A stretch of 63,799 nucleotides of DNA, the filler included, from Candidatus Fermentibacterota bacterium (GTDB lineage: Bacteria > JAFGKV01): assembly GCA_016928395.1 (NCBI GenBank). It is 5 parts of 5 records of this genome, joined end to end, with 100 filler letters (N's around TTAATTAATTAA, not from the genome) between each part and the next. Parts side by side here need not be neighbours in the genome. Positions count along the whole stretch, not along the records: positions 28,638 to 49,910 come from JAFGKV010000158.1; positions 50,011 to 53,545 come from JAFGKV010000160.1; positions 53,646 to 59,189 come from JAFGKV010000161.1; 2 more parts are not named here. One strand, given 5' to 3'. The number at the start of each line of letters is the position of its first letter. The first letter of the stretch is position 1. Made by a program: the position numbers and the translations under genes. Positions 46,764 to 56,428 of the stretch are shown piece by piece. Below the pieces are notes generated by a model that saw nothing but the letters and a program-made list of their open reading frames with translations, did not search any database and was not told where the DNA came from.

Positions 46764-48537
46764 GAGCAATAGCTTCGCCAAACTGCTGCGACCAGAAGCG
46801 CCGGAAGGGCTCGCAGCGCCGAAGCAGCTCGGTGCAGTTGCCCTCGTCCAGTACCCTGCCCCTCTCCATGACGACGATGCGATCTACGGCGCGGATGGTG
46901 CCGATGCGATGTGCGATGGTGATGGATGTACGGCCGTGCAGGAGTCTGCGGAGCGCCTCCTGCACTAACCGTTCCGACGTTGAATCCAACGCGCTGGTGG
47001 CTTCATCGAATACAATGATCGGCGCGTCACGCAGGATGGCCCGGGCAATGGAGATTCTCTGCTTCTCGCCCCCTGACAACCGGGCACCCTGCTCGCCCAA
47101 GACCGTGTCATAGCCATCCGGCAGATGCTGGATGACATCATGGATGAGCGCCGCCTTGCAGGCGGCTTCGAGGTCAGCAAGCGTAGCCGAGGGACGGGCG
47201 AACTGGAGATTCTCCGCCACCGAAGCATTGAACAGAAACGTATCCTGATCCACGTAGGCAATGTGGGAGCGGAGATCATCGAGCCTCAACTCCCGCAGGT
47301 CTACCCCGTCCACCAAGACCGCGCCTTCCTGGGGATCGTAGAACCGGCAGAGCAGGTTCAACACTGTGGTCTTGCCCGCACCAGATGGGCCGAACATGGC
47401 AACGGCCTCACCTGGTCGTACCTCCAGAGAAAAATCGCGCAGTACCGGCGTCTCCTGCTCATACGAGAAGGTAATGCCGCGGAACGATACGTGGCCGCGC
47501 ACATTCGTGAGCCGGCGGGCGTCGGGTGCATCGACGATCAGCGGTGTGGCATCAAGCACTTCCAGGATGCGATCCAGGCAGGCGAGTGACGACTGGATTT
47601 GAATGTTGAGCGAAGCAAATGCCGTGACCGGCCCATAGAACGCTCTCCCCAGGACAAAGAAGAAGCCGAACAATGTGCCGGGTGTCATAGCACCGGTCTG
47701 AATTTCCCGCACGCCGGCAATGAGAACCACGATACCTCCGGCAGCCACCAGCATGGCAGTGGCCTGCGAGTGGTATGCCTCGACCATCCCCCGTTTGACG
47801 GAGAGGCTGAACAGGGTTTGCACCTGATCCGTGAACCTGGCCACTCTGAGCGACTCGCGGCTGAGGGTCTTGATGAGACGCATGCCTGCCATAGCTTCCT
47901 GCAGTGAGCGCGTCACCACCGCCAGTTGCTCCTGAAGCCGCATGGACAATACGCGGGCCCTACGGTTGAAGAAGCGGGTGACGAGGATAATGAACGGCAC
48001 CAACAGGGCGCTGAGCAGCGTCAGTTTCCATGAACGGCTCACTACGAGGTAGATGGCGCTGAGTCCCAGGATGAGTTGGCTCAAGACCGTGAGAACTGTC
48101 GAGGTGAGCAAACCCTGTACACCCCCGACATCGTTGAGCACCCTCGAAATCAGGTCTCCAGCCGGATGGTACTGCACGAAGGATAGATCGAGTTCATGTA
48201 TGTGACGGTACAGGTCCCGTCTGAGGTCGCGGACTATTCCGGATCCTACTGTGTAGATGAGGTAGCGATTCAGCAGGTACGCGCCGACCGCGACGAGGAA
48301 GAGAACGCCGTAGATGCCCCCCAGCTTCATGAGCCTTGACCAGTCCTTCTCCAGAAGAACCTTGTCCACCGCGTAGATGGTAAGCAGAAACGGAATCCAC
48401 AGCGATGCCAGGGTTTGCAGAAGAAGAAGCACTGTCAGGCCACCCATCCTCAGCCGATAGGGCTTCAGGTAGGGGAGTACCCGGCGGGCGATAGACCACG
48501 GAGATCGGGGATACTGAGGATGATGCACGGACGCCAC
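46744..48537 (-). CDS. ABC transporter, fused permease/ATPase (MsbA-like exporter)
   Basis: Multi-TM N-domain; GPSGAGKT, LSGGEKQR and DEATSALD. Confidence 0.95.
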   Translation of the reverse strand: MASVHHPQYPRSPWSIARRVLPYLKPYRLRMGGLTVLLLLQTLASLWIPFLLTIYAVDKVLLEKDWSRLMKLGGIYGVLFLVAVGAYLLNRYLIYTVGSGIVRDLRRDLYRHIHELDLSFVQYHPAGDLISRVLNDVGGVQGLLTSTVLTVLSQLILGLSAIYLVVSRSWKLTLLSALLVPFIILVTRFFNRRARVLSMRLQEQLAVVTRSLQEAMAGMRLIKTLSRESLRVARFTDQVQTLFSLSVKRGMVEAYHSQATAMLVAAGGIVVLIAGVREIQTGAMTPGTLFGFFFVLGRAFYGPVTAFASLNIQIQSSLACLDRILEVLDATPLIVDAPDARRLTNVRGHVSFRGITFSYEQETPVLRDFSLEVRPGEAVAMFGPSGAGKTTVLNLLCRFYDPQEGAVLVDGVDLRELRLDDLRSHIAYVDQDTFLFNASVAENLQFARPSATLADLEAACKAALIHDVIQHLPDGYDTVLGEQGARLSGGEKQRISIARAILRDAPIIVFDEATSALDSTSERLVQEALRRLLHGRTSITIAHRIGTIRAVDRIVVMERGRVLDEGNCTELLRRCEPFRRFWSQQFGEAIAPTTLAS

Positions 48538-48614
48538 CAGAGGTGAGGATTGTGGAATCGGAATTTGACATCAGGTTAGAGCAGACAGACGGTGAGGTCA
48601 AGACTGAGGATGAC

Positions 48615-49880
48615 GTGGCGAGGGCCTGGGGTGTGCTCCACAAAATCGCCAGGGCCGCATTGGAGGCGGTCCAACCCTGTCGTCTGATGTCTCGAATTCT
48701 CGCGCCGAGCCCTGCGGGCACGGTGATGCTGCGCCGCGGAACATCCTTGACCGGCCTGTCATACCGAAGGCTTTTCGTCGTGGCTTTGGGCAAGGCCGCC
48801 CCCGCCATGGCCGCTGCCGCGTCCACATATCTCTCGGCCCCGTTTGTGGGAATTGGCGTTGCCCCAAAGGGTGTGGTTTCCACGCTGCCCGGCTGGTTGT
48901 GGCTTCAAGGTGATCATCCTATCCCAACATGGAGGAGCGTACGTGGCGCTTTGGCTATCAGGTCAACCCTGACAGAGGCCACACGGGAAGACCTCGCTCT
49001 GGTTCTTCTGTCCGGAGGGTCATCGGCTCTCGCCGCTCTTCCTGTCGACCGGGACACGACTCGGCTGCGAACCCTTACGCAACGACTCCTCGAAGAGGGT
49101 GCCTCCATCTACGAACTGAACGAGGCTCGCCGACAGATCGATCTCATGAAAGGGGGAGGCATGGCGAGGTGGGCCTGCCCCGCACAGGTGGTTGGCCTGA
49201 TCCTTTCGGATGTTCCCGGAAATCCTTTGTGGGTAATCGGCTCCGGACCAACGACAGGCGCGACCCCTGTCGCGGTACAACGATCCCCTCTAGTCATCTC
49301 TGCCCTTGATGCGTTCTCTTCACCACAACGCATGCCGCGACCACGTTGCCCGTTCCCATCGCCGCTGAATTTCATCGTAGGATCCAATGAAACCGCGCTT
49401 GAGGCTGCCGCCCATGCGGCCCGTGCACACCGTTGTCAGGTGGATATGCGCCCGGGAGGGCTCCGAGGCGAAGCCCGCGAGATTGGTCGCCGTCTCGGCC
49501 ACGAAGCGCTCCAGCGTGCGGCTGCGCATCATCGCCATTGCATCGTCCTGGGTGGGGAGACCACGGTGACCGTACGAGGTAGGGGAGTGGGAGGACGAAA
49601 CACCGAACTGGCTATGGCCTTTGCGATGACGGTGGCGTATCAGCGTTCAGTGTGGCTGCTCACACTGGCCACCGACGGAGTCGATGGGATATCGCCTGCT
49701 GCAGGGGCACTGGTTGGTCCACAGACAATGCAGCAGGCAATGAACGCAGGCATGGATCCCCAGCGGGCGATGGAAGACAATGCCAGCTATGACTTCCTGA
49801 GCGCCGCCGGGGCCACCCTGCGTACAGGCCCCACAAACACCAATGTGGCAGATATCGCGCTCGTCCTCATCAATCCCTAA
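48615..49880 (+). CDS. Glycerate kinase type 2 (MOFRL family)
   Basis: GKAA..MA, HPIP, LSGGSSAL, SDVPG, GGETTV, GGRN, TDG.DG and TGPT.TNV.D; start 48615 (RBS GAGGA) or 48543. Confidence 0.9.
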   Translation: MARAWGVLHKIARAALEAVQPCRLMSRILAPSPAGTVMLRRGTSLTGLSYRRLFVVALGKAAPAMAAAASTYLSAPFVGIGVAPKGVVSTLPGWLWLQGDHPIPTWRSVRGALAIRSTLTEATREDLALVLLSGGSSALAALPVDRDTTRLRTLTQRLLEEGASIYELNEARRQIDLMKGGGMARWACPAQVVGLILSDVPGNPLWVIGSGPTTGATPVAVQRSPLVISALDAFSSPQRMPRPRCPFPSPLNFIVGSNETALEAAAHAARAHRCQVDMRPGGLRGEAREIGRRLGHEALQRAAAHHRHCIVLGGETTVTVRGRGVGGRNTELAMAFAMTVAYQRSVWLLTLATDGVDGISPAAGALVGPQTMQQAMNAGMDPQRAMEDNASYDFLSAAGATLRTGPTNTNVADIALVLINP

Positions 49881-49910
49881 GGAATCAAATCGCCTCCCGC
49901 GGGTCTCTGA

Positions 49911-50010
49911 NNNNNNNNNNNNNNNNNNNNNNNNNNNNNNNNNNNNNNNNNNNNTTAATTAATTAANNNNNNNNNNNNNNNNNNNNNNNNNNNNNNNNNN
50001 NNNNNNNNNN
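49911..50010. other. Artificial contig spacer
   Basis: N-TTAATTAATTAA-N. Confidence 0.98.
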
Positions 50011-50265
50011 CTTCCTGCACACCGGGCACGTGGGCTTGAGGATCGCCACCACCCAGCAGGAAACCCCGGGCGTGTCGTAGGTCAGCGAATCGAGGGTACC
50101 ATCTTGGGCAGTGAACACGATCGGGGGAACCACTTCGTCCTGCTCCAGCACCGGCGGCTTCGCCTGCATGCGGTTGACGATGCGCTTCAACTGGTGGTTC
50201 TGCCAGGCAAGCACCACGCACAGCAGCGCCAGCAGCACGATCAGCACCCGTTCAACACGTCTCAT
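50011..50265 (-). CDS. Membrane-anchored thioredoxin-fold (TlpA/MauD-like) protein, 3' truncated
   Basis: N-terminal TM helix, VPP..F...DG and PTCPVC motif. Confidence 0.7.
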
Positions 50266-50275
50266 CGTCTCGTAC

Positions 50276-52687
50276 CTACCTGACTACCACGACTTCTCTC
50301 TGGTCGCGGACCTTCGCATCCTCAGACTCGATCCGTACCACATAGGCACCCGCTCCCACCTCGGACTCTTTGATCTTCCACGCAACAGATTGCCGGCCCG
50401 GCCCGCCCGCCCCCGCCGACGGAACCGCAACCAGCCTGCCCGCGAGATCGTAGACCCGCAGTATGACCCGATCAGGTTCTCCTCCGGAATACACGATGGA
50501 GACTCGGTCCCGTGCGGGGTTTGGGCAGATGGAGAGCAGTCGTACGTCATTCGACACAGGGTAGGGGCCCTCGACCCCTACCCCCGTCGAATGCGTGTAC
50601 AGCAGGTCGTACCGGTCGCGGTCCGTGTGCGCGATATGCGCCACCCCGTCCGGCCCGATCCCCAGGCTTGGGCAACACCCCGCGCCCTGTGACGAATCCG
50701 CCACCTCGATCCGCCATCCACCATCCTCACGCCGCGCAAACCAGAGGCCCCCCTCAACTCCCGAGAAGGCGATGCACGGGTGCCCTGCTCCGTCCAGCCT
50801 GATCGACGTGTTTGAGTAGCCTCTCGATTGATCCACTACCTCGATCTCCCATCCCGCCTCACCACGATATGCGTGCTTCACCCACGCCAGGATCGGGCAC
50901 GTATTCGCAATGATCTCCAGGTAGCTGATGTGCGGCCGCCCTGCAGCGTCCAACGCGATGCTGCTGCAACTCCCCACGTTCCCCGGCTTGTCTAACGCCT
51001 CAGTCGTCCACCCTCCTCCTGTCTTGCAGGTGTACTTGAGATCCTGTTGTGACAGGTGGTAGTGACTGATATGCGGCATACCGGTCTGGTCCAGCGCCAC
51101 CGAGGTGTACCTCCCTCCTGCCGCGGCCGCCTGCTCGATCTCCCAGCCTCCGGCTCCCCGCCTGGCGTACTTCAGTGCATCGTTAGATTCATCGTAGTAG
51201 CTGATGCAGGGCGCTCCCGAACCATCGACCGCCAGCGAGGTGTACCGCCCCACGTTCCCGCCCGCGTCCACGGTCTCGATCCGCCATCCCGTCCCGTCCT
51301 CCCACGCACGCTTCAGATCCTTGTTCCCCCAGTCGCAGTAGCTGACATGTAGCGCCCCGTCCTGACCCACCCCGATGCTCGGATCGTCACCGGTCTCGCC
51401 CTCCGCATCCACCACCTCTATCACCCACCCATCGCGATTTTGGCGGGCGCATCGCAGATCGGTGGAACTCTCATCATGGTATGCGACAACCGGGCCGTCA
51501 CCGGCCTCAGAAGCCAACGCGAGGCCGTTGTAGATCATGCCAGAACGATCCAGGGAGTCGAATGCCCATGTCGGACCTTCCTGACGTGCGCAGAGAAGCC
51601 AGCTGCTCTCCACATCGAAGAAGCTGATGATCGTGCCGCTTTGGTCGCACACCAGGGAGGTGCCATTGGGGTAGGCGCCCGGCAGCACGGTCTCGACTTC
51701 CCAGATACCGTTGCGTTTGGTGGCATGCTTGAGTGAGGGGGGCGAAGCATCGAGATAGCTGATGTGGGGGCAGCCCTCGGGGTCCAGCACGAGAGAGGTG
51801 TACTGCCCGACGGAACCCAACGAGTCGACAGCCTCGATGACCCACGTCGTGCCGAGGAGTTGGGCGTACTTGAGGTTGCGCGCGCGGCCATCGTAGTAGC
51901 TGACACGGGGATCATCGCTCTCCGTTAAGGCGATCGAGCAATCCTGCCCTACGAATCCCGTGTCGACTACTTCGACATCCCAGGCAATCTCGTCGAAGTA
52001 TGCATACATCAGTCGGAGGTTTGCCTGGTCGAAGTACGAGATATGAGGGCAATCGTAGGAGTCGATGGCGAGAGAGAACCAGGCTCCTGGGTCTGTGGCC
52101 CCGCCGATGGACTCGAACTGCCAGCAGCTCTCATCGAGGACCGCGTAGACGAGCGTCGTGCCCGACCACGTCTGATCATGCCGGTGATAGACGGCATGAA
52201 GCCTTCCTCGGCTGTCGATTGTCGCGGACGGCCAGTACCCTGTATTGCCGACCGTGTCCACCACAGTGACTGTCCAGCCTGAAGGTCCTTCGCACGCGTA
52301 ACCAAGACAGAAATCCGACGGGCCCGATGCTTCGTCCAGGGAGAACACTATATGGGGTCTGTCCTGCCCGTCAATCGCCAATGCCGCGGAGTTCACCTCT
52401 CGGCCCCCCGTGTAGGGGATCTGCCACACCGCCCACTCTGAGCCGATTCCCTGAAAGTAGAAGAGGCCGTCCTGCCCACCACACGCGAGACGGAGTACCC
52501 CGTCTGACCCCCTTCTGAGAGCATGGTCAGTCACAGATCCGATCAGGTGCGGCGTATCCACGCCCTGTGTTTGCCAGACCGCCTCGCCACCCCGCAGCCG
52601 CACGTTGGCGATGAGCAGAATCGCCATGCTAACAAGAGGCAAGACTGGCCACCGTCTTGAGGAACCCGTTACCGAGTTTGCCTTCAT
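50276..52687 (-). CDS. Secreted repeat (beta-propeller) protein with a C-terminal FlgD-Ig/T9SS-type domain
   Basis: About a dozen ~47-aa repeats SLALD..G.PHISY.D....LKYA....W..E.VD..G.VG; C-terminus PNP...VYDLAGRLV...GAYVVR; RBS before ATG 52687. Confidence 0.8.
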   Translation of the reverse strand: MKANSVTGSSRRWPVLPLVSMAILLIANVRLRGGEAVWQTQGVDTPHLIGSVTDHALRRGSDGVLRLACGGQDGLFYFQGIGSEWAVWQIPYTGGREVNSAALAIDGQDRPHIVFSLDEASGPSDFCLGYACEGPSGWTVTVVDTVGNTGYWPSATIDSRGRLHAVYHRHDQTWSGTTLVYAVLDESCWQFESIGGATDPGAWFSLAIDSYDCPHISYFDQANLRLMYAYFDEIAWDVEVVDTGFVGQDCSIALTESDDPRVSYYDGRARNLKYAQLLGTTWVIEAVDSLGSVGQYTSLVLDPEGCPHISYLDASPPSLKHATKRNGIWEVETVLPGAYPNGTSLVCDQSGTIISFFDVESSWLLCARQEGPTWAFDSLDRSGMIYNGLALASEAGDGPVVAYHDESSTDLRCARQNRDGWVIEVVDAEGETGDDPSIGVGQDGALHVSYCDWGNKDLKRAWEDGTGWRIETVDAGGNVGRYTSLAVDGSGAPCISYYDESNDALKYARRGAGGWEIEQAAAAGGRYTSVALDQTGMPHISHYHLSQQDLKYTCKTGGGWTTEALDKPGNVGSCSSIALDAAGRPHISYLEIIANTCPILAWVKHAYRGEAGWEIEVVDQSRGYSNTSIRLDGAGHPCIAFSGVEGGLWFARREDGGWRIEVADSSQGAGCCPSLGIGPDGVAHIAHTDRDRYDLLYTHSTGVGVEGPYPVSNDVRLLSICPNPARDRVSIVYSGGEPDRVILRVYDLAGRLVAVPSAGAGGPGRQSVAWKIKESEVGAGAYVVRIESEDAKVRDQREVVVVR

Positions 52688-52883
52688 GCTGATGTCCTCT
52701 TGAGTGATAGAGTCCCTGACACCTTTCGCACAGAGTAGGGGGGCCCGGCATTCGCCCGGTCGGTCCGCACCCAACTGGTTGCTTTGGCCATGCCGTCCCA
52801 ACCGCGGGTCGCCTGCATGTGCCGAGGCCGGCCGTACACCGTGGCATGCACGCCGAGTAGCTGGGCCTTTCGACCGCGGCTGT

Positions 52884-53165
52884 TCATCTGTCACCACACG
52901 GGACGCCGCAATCCGTCCAGCACGTTTGCTGGTTCTGGAAGTAGGAGTAGTCGTCACAAAGGTAGTCTCCGTCGTGGGCTCCGCCGCAGGTCCATTGGCA
53001 TGACCAATCGTTCTGCGCGCCGACGCAATCGGCGCACCAGTCCATATCGTATGGATCATCGGTCCACCAGTCCTCCGTCATCGCGGGGGCACTGAAGACG
53101 GCGATGATGCCGATGGTCGCAGCGAGAACTGCGAGCGTAACCGAGATGCCTTGGATGGTTCTCAT
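52884..53165 (-). CDS. Small secreted Cys/Trp/Asp-rich protein (93 aa)
   Basis: RBS AAGGA and a ~30-aa signal peptide; the mature part has 8 Cys and 6 Trp and is strongly acidic. Confidence 0.75.
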   Translation of the reverse strand: MRTIQGISVTLAVLAATIGIIAVFSAPAMTEDWWTDDPYDMDWCADCVGAQNDWSCQWTCGGAHDGDYLCDDYSYFQNQQTCWTDCGVPCGDR

Positions 53166-53276
53166 GAGAATCTCGTCCTTCAGTTTTGGCACCGCTGTCT
53201 CCGGGTGACGCATCATCCCGGCAGGATCGCTCGTCGGCTGTTCCGTGGAGCGTGGTCGCCTCTCTGTCGGCTCCGA

Positions 53277-53545
53277 CTAATCCACCAGCACCACTACGGG
53301 GACGGACCTGCTCGCGCCGCAGGAGGTCAGCTTCACGACGTAGAAGCCGTTCGCGACCCTCTGTCCCGTATCACCTGTTCCATCCCACGTCACGCTCAAC
53401 CGCCCAGGTCCCCGCTCATCGTCGATCAGTCTCCGTACCTCGCGCCCCATCAGGTCATAGACCCCCAGCCTCGTCTCGCTCCTTGTCGGCAGGTCATACC
53501 GTATGGTTACCTCATCCCCAAACGGATTCGGGCTCGGCCCGTGCA
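53277..53545 (-). CDS. C-terminal FlgD-Ig/T9SS-type domain of a secreted protein (5' part lost in the gap; absent from the ORF track)
   Basis: Manual translation: HGPSPNPFGDEVTIRYDLP...VYDLMGREVRRL...VTWDGTGDTGQRVANGFYVVKL...VVVLVD*. Confidence 0.85.
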
Positions 53546-53645
53546 NNNNNNNNNNNNNNNNNNNNNNNNNNNNNNNNNNNNNNNNNNNNTTAATTAATTA
53601 ANNNNNNNNNNNNNNNNNNNNNNNNNNNNNNNNNNNNNNNNNNNN
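53546..53645. other. Artificial contig spacer
   Basis: N-TTAATTAATTAA-N. Confidence 0.98.
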
Positions 53646-53868
53646 CGGTATCGGCATTGCCATCGGAATCGACAAGCTGGGCATTCGAGTACGAATACGA
53701 ATACGAGCCTTCCCATGTTCTCTCAAACAAGTTCCGGCCCGGGCTTTGCCCTGCTCATACATATGGAAACTTCTGATGTGAAGGCTGCCGCGTGAAGTTA
53801 CAGGTTAGTCTGGCCGCTGAGGTCGCGGGGCTCCCTCAGATTTCTCAGGGTTGAGAGTACGGCGCAGC

Positions 53869-53945
53869 GGGCGGGCACAGAGTCCCGCCCCTACGGCAAT
53901 GATGGGCACCAACCGTCGTAGGGGCGACCGCCCCTGGTCGCCCGC
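53869..53945. repeat. Pair of oppositely oriented GTAG-type REP elements
   Basis: GTAGGGGCGGGACTCTGTGCCCGCCC on the - strand (53869-53894) and GTAGGGGCGACCGCCCCTGGTCGCCC on the + strand (from 53918). Confidence 0.7.
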
Positions 53946-53949
53946 CGGG

Positions 53950-54032
53950 GGCTCGGGGTCGGCATCGATAACGGGAATGACGCACGAACTCGATTGCGAT
54001 GACGATAGCGATAGCGAGAGCGATGGGATAGC
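53950..54032. repeat. Degenerate hexamer repeat tract
   Basis: GATTGC GATGAC GATAGC GATAGC GAGAGC GATGGG; similar tracts at 53646-53708 (e.g. TACGAA TACGAA TACGAG). Confidence 0.6.
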
Positions 54033-54361
54033 AGAACCATCTACTCTCCCACACGATGCACGAAGGTCATCACATGTCATGACCCTGAGCAACGTCGAGG
54101 GGGCGTGGCCGGGTGTGATCGAGATCTCTTATCCGGAGTCCATGGATTGCCCGAACGCGTCGGGCAATGACAAGAGCACAACCACGTGTCACACACATGG
54201 AGATAGGATGAAGAAGGGATTGCAGCGAATGCGACCGCCCGGAGGCGGAGCGACCGGGATCTGTTGGACATCCAGATCCGTCAGATATCGGGCTCCTGCA
54301 TACCCCTCGCTCTGTCATTCCCCCTTGCGTGAGGTCTGACCGACGTGGCGCGCAGCGGTGC

Positions 54362-56428
54362 CTATGGCGTCAGTTCTGACACCCCCTCGATTGCGCGCTC
54401 GTCGTCGAGTCGACCGCGTTGTTCCTCAAGTTCCTGCAGCTCCTTCTCCCGCAGCTCAGGGAATAGGTAGGAATCGGTCTCCGCGGCCTTGCAGTAGTCG
54501 AGCCGCTTCGCCTCGAAGCCCTGGCGTTTGGCGACCACGCGGTAGTCGAATGTCCCGTTGGACCGTCCCGCTTTGCGTTCCACCACGTCGAATCCGGTGT
54601 GGCCCTTCTTCACGGCCACGCCCTCGCATGACTCGTCGTGCAACTCCACGAATACCTTCATGGGATTGGCCTCATCGATGGTTACCGTCTCCAGGAACAG
54701 CGGGTCCAGCTCGATGTGGCTTCTCCCGTTGACCAACTGCCCCTCCCCGAAGTCCTCGAACCAGTTCTCGGGGCTCTCCTGGCAGTACATAAGCGTCGGC
54801 CCCTGCGAGGTCTTCACCACGCAGCTCTTGGAACCCGTGCCAGCGAGGCCACCCGAGTAGTAGACCGCTACGCCGGTTGTGCTCAGAACCTTGCCATAGA
54901 CCCCATAGGTGGCGCCGCTGGCTGAGAGGGCCCACCCACGGACGCCTGTTCCCTGGGGGCCACCAGCCCATCCGTCCATTCCCATGCTCTCGCCCACGCT
55001 GTTCAGAGCCCATCCAAAGACGCCCCATCCGTCCCTGGCATCGGTCCATCCCTCAACGCCCTTCCCTTCGCTACCGACCGTTGAGGCGTCAGCCCAGCCA
55101 AAGATGCCACTGCCATAGGTGGACTCGGTCTTGCCGTAGATGCCGCTGTCGGGAGCTTTGCCGTAGACTCCCACTCCGGTTGGAGAAACGCTCGTTCCGT
55201 ATACGCCCATGGGCTGCCAGGGTGCGCCTCCAGTGTAGGTGGCCTCTCCGTACGCGCCAATCATGGGAGCCTGCCCACGCGCACCGCACGAGGCGCCCGC
55301 CGTGGAACAACTCTGCCCGTACACCCCATAGGTCGTGCCGGAGACCGCCGACGCCAGTCCATAGATCCCAGTTCCCCCGGTTGAGGAACTCTGCCCGTAC
55401 ACCCCATAGGTCGCGCCCGTCGCCGACATCGCATACCCGAACACCCCTCGGCCGGATGACGAACTGCTTCGTGCGTTCACGCCGTATGTCGCGCCGGACG
55501 TCGAGGTCGCGTAGCCGAATACCCCACTTCCGCCGTTTGAGGAACTGGTCCCATAGATTCCCATGGTATTCCCCGAGGCTGCGGTCGCGGCACCCCAGAC
55601 ACCGGTTCCTGCGGTTGAAGGGCTCTGCCCGTACACGCCATAGGTCGTGCCGGTGGAAGCCGTGGAGTAACCGTAGACACCGATTCCTGCCGTCGACACT
55701 GCCTGCCCATACACCCCATAGGTGGTGCCCGTCCCCGACGTCGCATACCCGAACACCCCTCGGCCGGATGACGAACCGCTTCGTCCGTTCACGCCGTATG
55801 TCGTGCCGGACGTCGAGGTCGCAAAGCCGAATACCCCGCTCCCTGCGGTGGAGGCGGCGGATCCGTATACTCCATTGGTGTTCCCGGAGGAGGCAGCAGC
55901 CTCGCCATAGGCGCCGGATCCTTCAGTTGAAAGACTCCGACCGAACAAGCCATAGGCCGTTCCGGAACCCGCCGTGTTGGTGCCCTTGACGGCGGCGGAT
56001 GTTCCGCTCGTCACCGATCCGCTCACCTCCGTCCCCGGCACTAGCCCGCTTGCCATGTAGGCATACCCCGTCGACGCCAGGCGTTGGCGGGGAGACTGAT
56101 CCACACCCGCAAAGGTCACGAGAAGCCAGCAGTCGGCATCGAAGGCCAGGTTCAAGGCCGGCTGCGGGCTCTCGCCCAACAGCACGCTGAACACCCCGCC
56201 CGAGACCGAGATCGACTGGTTCCCGCTGTCCCACAGCATGGTGCCACCGGAGGCGGCATTGTAGATGCGGAAGCGCATGGTGTAGGTGTTGTCAGCCACC
56301 GGGGTGCCCGCGGTGTTCGATACCTTGCCCTGGTAGCTGATCATGGTGGGGATCTCGGCATGGCTCATGGATCCCACGACCACGAGCAGAATCAGGACCG
56401 ATAGAAGGACACTACGCGACCGTTCCAT
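54362..56428 (-). CDS. Secreted Gly/Ser/Thr-rich repeat (beta-solenoid, adhesin/tail-fibre-like) protein
   Basis: Signal peptide; IP..ISYQG N-domain; ~13/26-aa GVYG repeats; C-terminal YCQESPENWFEDFGEG domain; RBS AGGAG before ATG 56428. Confidence 0.8.
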   Translation of the reverse strand: MERSRSVLLSVLILLVVVGSMSHAEIPTMISYQGKVSNTAGTPVADNTYTMRFRIYNAASGGTMLWDSGNQSISVSGGVFSVLLGESPQPALNLAFDADCWLLVTFAGVDQSPRQRLASTGYAYMASGLVPGTEVSGSVTSGTSAAVKGTNTAGSGTAYGLFGRSLSTEGSGAYGEAAASSGNTNGVYGSAASTAGSGVFGFATSTSGTTYGVNGRSGSSSGRGVFGYATSGTGTTYGVYGQAVSTAGIGVYGYSTASTGTTYGVYGQSPSTAGTGVWGAATAASGNTMGIYGTSSSNGGSGVFGYATSTSGATYGVNARSSSSSGRGVFGYAMSATGATYGVYGQSSSTGGTGIYGLASAVSGTTYGVYGQSCSTAGASCGARGQAPMIGAYGEATYTGGAPWQPMGVYGTSVSPTGVGVYGKAPDSGIYGKTESTYGSGIFGWADASTVGSEGKGVEGWTDARDGWGVFGWALNSVGESMGMDGWAGGPQGTGVRGWALSASGATYGVYGKVLSTTGVAVYYSGGLAGTGSKSCVVKTSQGPTLMYCQESPENWFEDFGEGQLVNGRSHIELDPLFLETVTIDEANPMKVFVELHDESCEGVAVKKGHTGFDVVERKAGRSNGTFDYRVVAKRQGFEAKRLDYCKAAETDSYLFPELREKELQELEEQRGRLDDERAIEGVSELTP

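Noticed and set aside
52629-52886. Selenocysteine read-through of the Cys-rich peptide's TGA (a GAAA-capped hairpin follows and the frame stays open)
   Set aside because: The hairpin loop is only ~12 nt from the UGA. The extension is compositionally unlike the peptide and overlaps the next gene. The peptide already has an even number of Cys.
52853-52890. Hammerhead-like CAGAUGA...GAAA and an Alu/SRP-like CCCAGCUACUCGG on the - strand
   Set aside because: The core is mismatched (CAGA rather than CUGA) with no proper stem II, and no other SRP features are present; likely chance matches.
52688-53059. 927-aa version of the propeller protein
   Set aside because: The extension overlaps the Cys-rich gene in another frame; the RBS and signal peptide point to ATG 52687.
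55391-55837. Possible DGR template/variable repeat pair
   Set aside because: Mismatches include C/G changes and are not adenine-specific. Both copies are in frame within one gene, and no reverse transcriptase is seen.
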